Origin: Mayamaea pseudoterrestris
Lineage: Eukaryota
NCBI GenBank assembly: GCA_027923505.1
Contig: BROI01000010.1
Location: 558,001 to 622,000 of the forward strand
Direction: 5' to 3'
Length of the DNA: 64,000 bases
The stretch's first letter is position 1. Every line of letters starts with the position of its first letter. A model generated the notes under the pieces. That model saw only the letters and a list, made by a program, of their open reading frames with translations. It was not told the origin of the DNA and ran no database searches. The translations under genes were made by a program, and so were the position numbers. This document shows, in pieces, positions 1 to 9,679 of this stretch.

Positions 1-2
1 TC

Positions 3-1346
3 ACGCACTGGGAGCCTTTAATGTTTTGGGAATTCCAAGCCAATGTTACAAACATCTTTCCGAGCAACAAGAACGTACATACCTTGGCTGAAGGACAGTA
101 TATGGAAATTTTTACCCACGAGAATGAACCCGACAAGCAGCAATTCTTTTACCCTGTGAACAACCAGTTCTTTCCCACATTCAACCAGGAGGTGAATGAA
201 ATTGTCTACTACCCTATGCTTAACGGTCAAACATCGGCCGGCATTGGCTTGTATATTTTGGATGAAAATGACAATTTGGTGCCCTTTTACAAATTCTCAA
301 GCGATGGTTACATGTATGGGCCGGATGGGCAAGGCAACTCCGTTTATCAGCAGGACATGCTCATTGTCGGACCATCGCAGCGGGAGGGCTTGCTGCTGCA
401 ATTCACCACGCCGGGCAACTACCGCATTATGAACCACCGCATCATTCCGACGCAGCGAAATGGCGCCTTTCCGAACGGCTACTCGGATCAAGTGACGCAT
501 CTCGGAGCCACCATTATTGTCACGGCTGGCGCAACGACCTACGTTAATCCACTGACACTAGATTTTACCAAGGGAGTTTCGACAGTGATTGACACGGAAA
601 ACATTGTGCGACATACGACGGTTACCTTTGACATTGACATTCAGCAAGACAATGCACCGTTTGCGCAGTTTGAAGTAAACAACAAACTGTATGATACATC
701 CGACGTGGACGACATTTTCGAAGTGACCGTGGCCAAGGCGGAGCGATGGACGGTCAATTCGGCCAATTTGGACGTTTCGCATCCGTTCCACATTCACGTG
801 AATCCATTCCAGGTGGATGGCATTGAAACCGACTCTGTCGTTGGGGAGCTACAAGGTGTCTCGATCGCCGATACATGGGAAAGCAGCAACTACAGTCCGA
901 TTGGAATGTGGCGCGACACGGTGTTTGTTCCACCAAAGGGGTCGGTGGACTTGGTTCAACAATATGGGGACGGCGTCGTTGCCTTCGCTGGGAAGACAGT
1001 TTTTCACTGCCATTACTTGGAGCATGAGGATCAAGGTATGATCAAGAATCTACTGATTGACTCGTCACCTCCAGTTTGCGTCGCAAGTCAACAAAAATGT
1101 TTTACCAGCTCGGATTGCTGCGGTTACGCCGATGTGAATCCACTAGCTCGATGCAGCGAAAAGGGGAAGTGCTGCAAAAACATGGGAGCTCCGTGTTCCA
1201 AGGACGCCGACTGCTGCAACGGTGGAAAAAGTGCATTGTGTTCCAGTAGGAAATGCGTGAAATGCAAGCAACGGGGTAAATCGTGCAAAGCCAATGCGGA
1301 TTGCTGCTCGAAGAGTTGCAATACCAGCACAAAGCGGTGCAAATGA
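3..1346 (+). CDS. Multicopper oxidase (5' partial) with C-terminal Cys/Lys-rich knottin-like repeats
   Basis: Copper motifs HPFHIHVNPFQV, WRDTV and HCHYLEHEDQGM. The frame is open to the window edge and the N-terminal Cu motifs are missing, so the gene starts upstream. Confidence 0.9.
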   Translation, partial: THWEPLMFWEFQANVTNIFPSNKNVHTLAEGQYMEIFTHENEPDKQQFFYPVNNQFFPTFNQEVNEIVYYPMLNGQTSAGIGLYILDENDNLVPFYKFSSDGYMYGPDGQGNSVYQQDMLIVGPSQREGLLLQFTTPGNYRIMNHRIIPTQRNGAFPNGYSDQVTHLGATIIVTAGATTYVNPLTLDFTKGVSTVIDTENIVRHTTVTFDIDIQQDNAPFAQFEVNNKLYDTSDVDDIFEVTVAKAERWTVNSANLDVSHPFHIHVNPFQVDGIETDSVVGELQGVSIADTWESSNYSPIGMWRDTVFVPPKGSVDLVQQYGDGVVAFAGKTVFHCHYLEHEDQGMIKNLLIDSSPPVCVASQQKCFTSSDCCGYADVNPLARCSEKGKCCKNMGAPCSKDADCCNGGKSALCSSRKCVKCKQRGKSCKANADCCSKSCNTSTKRCK

Positions 1347-1588
1347 TAGCGCATCTCGCTCCGCTGTACTATTAAAATATTGTGGGGTCTTTCTTAGTAG
1401 CATTGCTGCATTACCTTTGATGGACATAGTGAGCATGACGCGCATAGACAGGAGCTGTGGTAGTATTGGTAGCCGCGAGAAGTTTCCCGCGTCGGAAAGG
1501 TCGTAGCAGTGACTATGCGACATTCGCAGTGTTTCCGCATCGCGACGATTGGAGGTGCCAATGGATTCGTCGGTACGTAACTGCAAAG

Positions 1589-3385
1589 ATGAAGGCGCTG
1601 GCAGTAGCAAGCTTATCGGCTCTTCTAGCTGCTAAAGATTGCAATGGATGGGTAAATACGATCCATAAGAAATCAGCGATTGCAGCCTCATTCCGCAGCG
1701 TAACAACGAACCAATGTGACGACGAACGAATTTCACGCGTTTTATCGTTTACCAGCGACAATGCATACTGTCAATGGCAGCATAATAAAGACAACGGGAA
1801 TGACAAGATTAAAGCTGCTTGCTATAGTATATCTCGATTTTCCGCGGTAGCAAGCCTTGCAGGTCCTCTTGCTTTGTTCATGACCCTGCCATCACCAGCG
1901 TCGGCTTTTTCGCTGCAGCATATGCCGCCATTACAGCCGCAAACCGAATCATTATCAAATACTCACCTCCAACATAAAGAACCAAGACCAAGCAATCTTC
2001 TTGATCAAGGCGTGCGAGACTGGCTCTCGTCTGATCAATCATTTTGTAGCAAGTTGCGTCCAACTCTTTCGCAGCAATCATCATCACCAACTACTACGAG
2101 TACGACGACGCTTATTGCCTTAGAAGAGGAACAGCAAACGAAGCAGGAGCAGTATTCCATGCTTGATGAAGTATGGACGCTCATTGACAAGTATTACATT
2201 GACCGAAGCTACAATCAACAAGACTGGAAGGCAGTCAAGGAGCGATTCCAAACCAAGCTATCACAATCAAACAACCCATCCGACAAGACGGAAGCAGCCA
2301 TTGTTTCCGAAATGGTTAAGTCCCTAGGAGACAAGTACAGTCGCATTCTTGATGCGGCCGCGTACTCGGCCATTCAAAAGTACGACCTCATTGGGGTTGG
2401 CGTCACGCTCATGCCAGACCCATCCACACAACTCATTGTCGTTGGCGCTCCTCCCATTCCAAACAGCGCCTCCTACATTGCTGGATTGAAGCAAGGCGAC
2501 TGGGTCACGGCCATCAATGGCGTATCGACATTAAATCGCAACGCCTTCGACATTATCAACCAGATTGCGGAGCAACCGAATGCGCCGTCCATTGACATGA
2601 CCATTGTTCCACGCAACCACATGTTCGACAAGAGCGGCATGAATAACATTGACGAGGCATTTACGAACAATGCCTTTCAACGAACCGTGACCATGCCGCG
2701 AGCGTTTGCTCAAGTCAAGAACCCAATCGTTTACAAGCTATCCGAGAAGCGAGCCGATGGAACGCGTGTTGGCTACATTCGCATTTCCGAGTTCAATGCA
2801 CTCATCAAAACAAAACTCGAGGATGCCTTGCACGATCTCATTGACAAGCAAGGCGCTAATGCGCTGGTACTGGACGTGCGTCACAATGGCGGTGGAGCGT
2901 TCCAGTCGGCGGTGGAGATTTCAAGCTTGTTCTTTGCCGACAAGGTTGCAACCTACGTTGTGGACCAGTCGGAGGCACTCATTCCGTTCAAAACGGCAGT
3001 CTCCGACGTGCAAGTTCCAGCCAATATTCCAGTGGCGATCTGGCTAGACGCGCAGAGTGCGTCGGCGAGTGAAGTCTTTGCGGGTTCGCTGCATGACAAT
3101 TGTCGCGCAGTGGTAATGGGTGAACGGTCCTTTGGGAAAGGCTTGATCCAAGCCGTCTATGGTTTGAAGAATGGAGCGGGCCTCGTCTTGACAGTGGCGC
3201 GCTACGTGACACCCGATGGCATTGACATTCAAGGAACTGGCTTGCAGCCGGATATCATGGGACACGTTTCAGCTCCGATTCCGGGCATGTTGAGCGACAC
3301 TTCGGCAGTTGACTTTGTGGAGATACGGCAGCGACTGGACCCATCCATGTGCAAAGTTATGGCTTTGCCGCCTGCGAAACTGTAG
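1589..3385 (+). CDS. ctpA: C-terminal processing peptidase (S41 family, CtpA-like), plastid/thylakoid targeted
   Basis: LGDKYSR, PDZ region (GVGVTL...AGLKQGDWVTAING), DVRHNGGG, catalytic SASASEV and SFGKGLIQ. N-terminal signal MKALAVASLSALLAAKDCNG-W. Confidence 0.88.
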   Translation: MKALAVASLSALLAAKDCNGWVNTIHKKSAIAASFRSVTTNQCDDERISRVLSFTSDNAYCQWQHNKDNGNDKIKAACYSISRFSAVASLAGPLALFMTLPSPASAFSLQHMPPLQPQTESLSNTHLQHKEPRPSNLLDQGVRDWLSSDQSFCSKLRPTLSQQSSSPTTTSTTTLIALEEEQQTKQEQYSMLDEVWTLIDKYYIDRSYNQQDWKAVKERFQTKLSQSNNPSDKTEAAIVSEMVKSLGDKYSRILDAAAYSAIQKYDLIGVGVTLMPDPSTQLIVVGAPPIPNSASYIAGLKQGDWVTAINGVSTLNRNAFDIINQIAEQPNAPSIDMTIVPRNHMFDKSGMNNIDEAFTNNAFQRTVTMPRAFAQVKNPIVYKLSEKRADGTRVGYIRISEFNALIKTKLEDALHDLIDKQGANALVLDVRHNGGGAFQSAVEISSLFFADKVATYVVDQSEALIPFKTAVSDVQVPANIPVAIWLDAQSASASEVFAGSLHDNCRAVVMGERSFGKGLIQAVYGLKNGAGLVLTVARYVTPDGIDIQGTGLQPDIMGHVSAPIPGMLSDTSAVDFVEIRQRLDPSMCKVMALPPAKL

Positions 3386-3870
3386 CATAAAAGACAAAAA
3401 GGGACACAAGCGTTAACATGGAATGCATACTTGTAGCAACTTGTAGCAATAACCTGCCTTATCACTCATGATATGCATGCAAAACTCTTTGTATGTCGAC
3501 ATGGCGTTGCCACGCGTCCACCTCCTAGATGATCACACACTCATGCTGGAAGTTGTCATGCTGAAACAATCAATAGTACTGTACGTAGCAGCACTACACA
3601 GCCACTTACATGTGATTCAAACATGTCGATCGAAGGATCGGCATGCACTTGAGGCAGGTGTTATACACAAGAGGCCAGCGCGAGGCGGCACACAGCAATT
3701 AAGCTATCGTCGTCATTTTGTCCTACAACTAGGGACTTTAATACAAATATACTCTCCGATATCTTGAGTTAATCAAATTAGTTACAGGAACATAAGTGTG
3801 GTCTACATCAGTTGACAAATCACTGATAGGTCAGTGACAATCATGCGACGTAACTGTGACACTTGCTTTG

Positions 3871-4680
3871 TCAACCTTCTTGTTCCGAAACATTCACATT
3901 ATCATTGCCTTCGTACTGCTTCGTCCACTTGCCGTTCACTTGCACCCACTCAAACTTGCCCTTGGGCGGCGCTCGACCCCATTCATGACGCGGCGGTGTT
4001 TTGGCACAACCCGTGAGCTGCGGCGCCGTAAACTTGTCCACCACGGCCGCGTGACGAACGCCGGCGTAATCCTTGACGGGGTTCTTGACCTTATCCTTGA
4101 GGAGTGGCGCGGTACACTTGTCCAGTGCTCCCGACTTGCTAAAGGCAGACGTTTGTCGCGCGTCAATTTTGACTGGATTCTTGATCGAGTCTTTGGAAAG
4201 CGGGTCGTGAAACTTGTCCACCGTTGCTGAATGTCTCTTGCCTTGGTGGTCCGTGCTTGGATTGTGAAGCTTATCTTTTAGTAGCGGCTCTGTAAACTTG
4301 TCGACAATGCCAGTGTTGACAAAGGCAGATTGGATGGAGGATGGAGTCGCTGGAGATGGAGTCGAGATTGCGGCAGTAGGAGCATTTGTCGTTTGCTCAT
4401 CCTCGCTGCTCTCGCTGTTGTCAGCACTTTGAATTTTGTATTCCAGCTCTTGTACGTCTTCACTCACGTCTTGGTTTCCCACTGGCATGTTGGATGTGAT
4501 TCGATCATCGTCGGCGCCTTCATCGTTGGAGGAAAATGACTCATCCTGTGTGACATCCACTTGCTTAGCGACGCTACCGCTGCCCTCCTTCATGACATCC
4601 TTCCCAAGGCTCTGCTCAATGTCGTCTACTTGAGTGACAGATTCGTCTGAATCAGAATTTTCAACGCCGTTTGTAGTCAT
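3871..4680 (-). CDS. Hypothetical protein with acidic N-terminus and four VDKFxxPLxKD-type repeats
   Basis: 269-aa ATG-initiated ORF with internal repeats VDKFTEPLLKDKLHNP / VDKFHDPLSKDSIKNP / LDKCTAPLLKDKVKNP / VDKFTAPQL. Confidence 0.7.
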   Translation of the reverse strand: MTTNGVENSDSDESVTQVDDIEQSLGKDVMKEGSGSVAKQVDVTQDESFSSNDEGADDDRITSNMPVGNQDVSEDVQELEYKIQSADNSESSEDEQTTNAPTAAISTPSPATPSSIQSAFVNTGIVDKFTEPLLKDKLHNPSTDHQGKRHSATVDKFHDPLSKDSIKNPVKIDARQTSAFSKSGALDKCTAPLLKDKVKNPVKDYAGVRHAAVVDKFTAPQLTGCAKTPPRHEWGRAPPKGKFEWVQVNGKWTKQYEGNDNVNVSEQEG

Positions 4681-4963
4681 GGATTAAGTGTGTTAGAAAG
4701 CTTTGAAGATTCTGGGTGGATTTGTCGCGACTGTCGTCGAGCTGCTGGTCTCGAGTCTCGATCTGCTTGTTTAAACAGTCAGTGAATGTACCACCAAGCC
4801 AGCTTGAACTACAAAGGAGCACAGAGAGGGAGTATTGACCGTTTGGACGAGCGTAATGTGAATGGATCTTGCTATTACCGTCGTCGCAGGTTGGTCATCT
4901 TGGTCGTGATTGGCATCACAAGATTTTCGTCCGTCGCTTGTTCACGCTAGAATGTCGCACCGA

Positions 4964-5148
4964 TACACTTACTGTAGCGTAAAGTGTACTGCCAAAAACT
5001 TTGAAATAAATCAAAGTTATTGGCACTGTAGCGTAAAGTGTAGTGCCAAAAACTTTGATTTTCAACGGACGATGACTATCGCGTAAAGTGTAGTGCCAAT
5101 AACTGTGAAATAAATCAAAGTTTTTGGCACTATGGCATAAAGTGTACT
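4964..5148. repeat. Tandem ~54-bp repeat (about 3.4 units) containing inverted repeats
   Basis: Units start at 4971, 5025, 5075 and 5129 (ACTRTVGCRTAAAGTGTA...). The hairpin GCCAAAAACTTTGA-AATAAA-TCAAAGTTWTTGGC is present in units 1 and 3. Confidence 0.85.
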
Positions 5149-5483
5149 CGAGTACCGCTGCGTTATCATGAGCGACATGAAACGCACAGCTTCGGTTTGA
5201 CAAACGCCAAGCAAGTGCTCGGCCATGACCCGCCATACCGTACATATACTTGGAATGCTAAACAGTATTAACGGCTCATCACTACATTGACATCTGCAAG
5301 GACCTAACGAATAGCAAAGGAAAGAGAGTTGCGGCAGACGAGAGAGTATTGGAAACGAATCGATAAAAGGTTCAGTCAGCCGACTTGAAATAGGACAAGG
5401 GCTTTAAAATCCTCAAAATCTGGATCAATAGCCGACGTTCTTCCGCGAGCTCAAGCTATTAAATCGCCAATAACTTTTTCAAA

Positions 5484-6878
5484 ATGTTCAGTCTCGTGAA
5501 TGGAGTCTACCAAGCCTACTTTGCGACGCCGCAGCTCAACATTTTGGTCGTCGGAGCCCAAGGATCCGGCAAGACAACCTTGATGGAGCGACTCAAAGTG
5601 ACGGAATTTGCCAGCAAGGCGCCCAAAGGATCCGGCGTACTGACGCAATATAGTAGTCCGTTGTCAGCAAAGGAAGCGAAGCAAGTCTTTTTCAGTGATG
5701 GAACGATTGCAAAGGAACATGTCGTCATGCTGGAGCAGCAGCAGCTAGAAGCTCCGCGGTCACCAGTGCCGACTGCAACCGTTTCCGATGCCGTCGTTTT
5801 GGAAACGCCGGATACCAAGCGACGACTCGCTGCCATGGCGACGAACCAGCGACGGCGGTTTCGATGGATTTGTCCGGCGCCGGAAAAGTATCAGCATGCG
5901 CATGAGGACGATGACGATGACGACGATGCTAGCGACGACGAGAAGGACGATTCCATCCACGCACCAGGCAATGGCGACAAGCAAATTTTGGACATTCCAT
6001 TGCCGCTGGATATGAATCAAGAATCATGTTCGTTGCTTTCGGCGCCCGAGCCGCTCGAGCAATTATACTTTGCCAGCAGTCCGCAGCAATCAACGACGAG
6101 CAATCGAAAATTATTGTCGCCTGTACCGCCTCTTGATACGACGCAAGGATTTGTTCCACCGCCTGCAATCATTGCAACTCGATCGCCGTCTATGGAAGAT
6201 GTTCAAGACGAAAGTCGTCGCTTGGAGTCCATGCGGAGTATCAACTTGTCGGATCGGTCCAGTGGCGAGTTTGCGTCAAACGGCGTCTCGCAACAGCAGC
6301 AGCAACAACAATTGGACTACAATTTGAAGAAAAATTGCAAAATGTTGCCCTTGATAAAGATTCGGCCAACGATTGGAATGAATCTTTGTCGCGTTAGCAA
6401 CATTTGCGGAGCCAGTTGTCACGTCATGGACGTGGGTGGTCGCATGCAGCAGCTTTGGGAGCGATACTACCATGACTGCGATGCAGTCATTTTCGTATGG
6501 AAGCTAGACGACGAACAAAATGAAAAGCAACTCGAAAATGAAGAGGACGACAGTGATAGCGACGACGAGAGACCAGTGGTGACGGCCCAGCAGCAGCTGC
6601 AAATGCTGGAGCGAGTACGAAGCTCGATTCCCGAGGATGTTCCTTTTATGGTGCTTGGTCAGATGCGAGCGCCGTCGCCGGCAGCCTCCATCAAGACGGA
6701 TCGCATGTATTCCTCATCTTGTCTTTTGCCCAACTACCATAACTTGTATCAGGCACTCTACTTTTGCAACGCGGCAACTGGTCAAGGCGTCAAGACTGCA
6801 CTGGAATGGCTTGTTCCACTGGCCAAGCGACAGCAGCTGACGCGGGTACGATCATCAGTCGATGGTGATAAATTTTAA
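5484..6878 (+). CDS. ARFRP1: ARF-related protein 1 (ARFRP1/Arl3p)-like small GTPase with large insertion
   Basis: MFSLVNGVYQAYF N-terminus (no Gly2), P-loop GAQGSGKTT, PTIGMN, DVGG, LWERYYHDCDAVIFV. Confidence 0.75.
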   Translation: MFSLVNGVYQAYFATPQLNILVVGAQGSGKTTLMERLKVTEFASKAPKGSGVLTQYSSPLSAKEAKQVFFSDGTIAKEHVVMLEQQQLEAPRSPVPTATVSDAVVLETPDTKRRLAAMATNQRRRFRWICPAPEKYQHAHEDDDDDDDASDDEKDDSIHAPGNGDKQILDIPLPLDMNQESCSLLSAPEPLEQLYFASSPQQSTTSNRKLLSPVPPLDTTQGFVPPPAIIATRSPSMEDVQDESRRLESMRSINLSDRSSGEFASNGVSQQQQQQQLDYNLKKNCKMLPLIKIRPTIGMNLCRVSNICGASCHVMDVGGRMQQLWERYYHDCDAVIFVWKLDDEQNEKQLENEEDDSDSDDERPVVTAQQQLQMLERVRSSIPEDVPFMVLGQMRAPSPAASIKTDRMYSSSCLLPNYHNLYQALYFCNAATGQGVKTALEWLVPLAKRQQLTRVRSSVDGDKF

Positions 6879-7091
6879 CTATATTGTTACCGTAATCTTG
6901 AATATAAACGAATAGATGACGTCTGCAATCATTTATCTTATGCACGACGGAGCCTCTTCTTGAAGTTCTCCTCCGTTGCGTGCATATGCGGCAATCTGAT
7001 CTCTTTTTCATCAGAGAGAGTAATCTCTAAGTCAACTGACTTGACGGTGCTTTAAAGAAAGCAATGCCTGCGTCCTTGTCAAAAACTCAAC

Positions 7092-8052
7092 TCAGAAAGA
7101 GGTGGACCTTGCCGACTCAATGATTTGAAATGTGTTGCTCATTTCCACAAATGCGGTTGTCAGGGCCGCCAGACATCGTTCCTGTAGACTTGTAAGGCAG
7201 TCCATTCCATTATGATCATATATCATTGCTTCACATTCCAGCAACGCAGACGCAGACTTTGGGTCAATTTCGCAAAGAGACTCTTCACACGTCAGCCTAT
7301 TAAATTTTTCGCTATCCAAGGCGCCATTGTCAAGCAATCGAGGAATGATCTTTGCCGCTAATTGCGATCGTGCCAACAAATCTGAGCCTCCTCTGAGCAC
7401 TTTTGCCCAAAAGTCGTCACTTTTACATTCTAGAATAGCGTACTCATTCTGTACAAGCAAGCTCATCTGCGATGTGCAGCAGTGCTGTACGACGCGCATC
7501 ACTGCCGATGTACTGAAAGCGCATGAATGAACATAGTACAGGTGACAGTTTGAGGGGCAAGCGTCGTTCTTGATAAATTGCTTGGCCAGCCAGCGAAGCC
7601 GCGGAATGTCAAAGTATCGTCCTTAAAGTATCGTCCGAGGAAATGCATGGGTGTAGCGTTTTCTGTTGTGAAATCGACGCCGACATTCAGATTGTAGATG
7701 TAGTCGAGCATCGTGGGGAAGGCATGCGCAGCTAGCTCATGCAATTCCACCCGACTTGTCTTTTTTTTTTCTCCGCAAAATCTGCATCCGCACGGCATAG
7801 TGCCTCAAAGTACCCGCTCTTACGCGTACCTGCCGTCAAAAAATATTGATGAACATGATATTCGGTCGTCCCTGTGTGATCTTCTCCGATTGCGACGACT
7901 TGAATAGTCCAATCCGAATGACTTTCGCCAGGAGACAATCGCCAGTCGATGTTCGTCCAGCTAGCTTCAAACGGCTCGGCATCAGAATCGTATACCTCAT
8001 CATCGTCTTTACTAGGTTTTTCGTTGTCAAAAGTCAATGCATTGGAAGACAT
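7092..8052 (-). pseudogene. BTB/POZ-domain gene disrupted by two frameshifts
   Basis: WRLSPGESHSDWTIQV...YHVHQYFL...SGYFEAL then ELAAHAFPTMLDYIY is split over three frames. The shifts fall at the T10 run (7761-7770) and at a 14-bp duplication (7611-7636). Confidence 0.75.
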
Positions 8053-8779
8053 TGTATCGCTAACGGTAGCAACCAATGATCGCCTCGCGTAGACATTGAT
8101 CCTTCCGCACATTAATTGACTCCACGCAAACGGTATCGACGCGAAGCCCGAACGTTCGATCGTGGAACTCTCAATGAATCCACGCTCCCCCAAAACCTGA
8201 GCGATGCAACCAGTCAAGTATCGTAAGTAGTCGGACAAGTCCGACTTTCAATGAAAAGGCCCAAATCATGAAGTATTAGATGAGCCAATGTTTCCAGGTA
8301 CAAAGCTATCGCCCACAGGAATGGAACGCCGTCAACTATCCGAAAGCGACTCGACATACCTCTAAACCAATACACACTTTGCGTGCCTGTAGAAGACTAT
8401 ATTTGGCAGCTGTGAAGTTAATCGGTGTCCGTATGTACCTTCCATTTCCATCGAGATCAACATTGTGCTGCGTCGTCGGCGGGAATGTTGACAAGAGTGT
8501 TGATGAGCGCACTCCAAGTCGGATCTGTATCCCTTGTGCCAACGTTCAGTATGGCTGGAAAAACCTGGCAGTAATCTCGTGTGGAGATTCATCAATTAGA
8601 GACGATCTTGCCATTTTCGCGACCGCAAATCTAAATTTATCGACACACAAAAGCAAATTACTTGTACCAGGGTCAAGAGACAGCAAGCTGTAAACGAATG
8701 GTAAAAAGAAGTTTCACTTTCAAAACATCTTGCCAAAACAATCGCATCGCATTGATCACTAAAGGGAATAACCAAAAGG

Positions 8780-9606
8780 ATCACTGTCAAAATCGGAAAT
8801 CAGAGGATGACAATTTTGGTCATTGTGTAATTCATGTACTTGGTCAGAGGGTCTGCTACGTTTTCCTTACCGTCAACCTCGACGAACTTGAGAACCGTAG
8901 TCGCCACCGCAAAGCGAATCCGATGGTAGGCCAGTGCATTGTGACGCTTAGTAAGTGTTGAGCTATGGACCGTGCTTCGAGTGATTACCAACTGGTTGTC
9001 TCCAAACATCCAGCTGGTCTTCTCTATAGGCAAACCATCGCCTTGAGCGACGCGCGCATACCAATGATATGATCGGTAGCAATGCGTCCACTCATGGACT
9101 CAGATCCAAACGTTGCCGCCTCCACTGTATCTTGCAACTTGGATGAGAACCACTTGACGGGCGCTTGGTATATAATGGAGAATGCTGCTGCAAGATTTGC
9201 CAGTTACCTTGCAGTGCATCAAGTTGGCGTCCATGTCGTCAGACACACCATCCTTCCCTTTGGTGGGGGATATAGAGCAAGCTCATCCTCCGCGGGCTCC
9301 AATCAAACTCAGGTTGCTCTCCAAAGATTGCCCCATTTTCAGGTCAGTTAACTCGGAAGCGTATTGCAGCGTCAGGATGATTACGAAAGTATCCACAGAC
9401 GCGCTTGACTTGATCAAGATATCTTGACTCCATCGGCACGCAGCAATGGCGACTGATCCAACTCAGGATGATCGTCCTTGTCGAGTGGCCAAGAATACTT
9501 CTTTGGAGGACCGCCAAACATGCGCTCATAATTGCCGAGAAGATTTCCAGTGAGCTTCCCAATAGAGCGTACCATCAGGATCAACTTGGATCTTGTAATC
9601 GCCTCA
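8780..9606 (-). mobile_element. Degenerate Ty1/copia RT-end and RNase H fragment (older element)
   Basis: MFGDNQLVI...KRHNALAYHRIRFAVA...VDGKENVADPLTKY, YLDQVKRVCGYFRNHPDAAIRFR and DPDGTLYW, all in broken frames. Confidence 0.85.
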
Positions 9607-9679
9607 TGACAAGTCGCAGAGCGGCGAAGTCAAGAGCCCGAACCCTAATTAGCTTGTGTCGAGTCCGCAGCTGTCGTAT
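9607..9679 (+). repeat. 5' LTR of copy 1, left part
   Basis: Matches the first 73 bp of the LTR at 17970 (TGACAAGTCGCAGAGCGGCG...CTGTCGTAT). Confidence 0.9.

Noticed and set aside
4971..5148. CRISPR-like array
   Set aside because: No unique spacers, no cas genes, and the context is eukaryotic.
8240..8780. LTR of the older antisense copia
   Set aside because: The position is plausible, but there is no second copy or recognisable terminus in the window.
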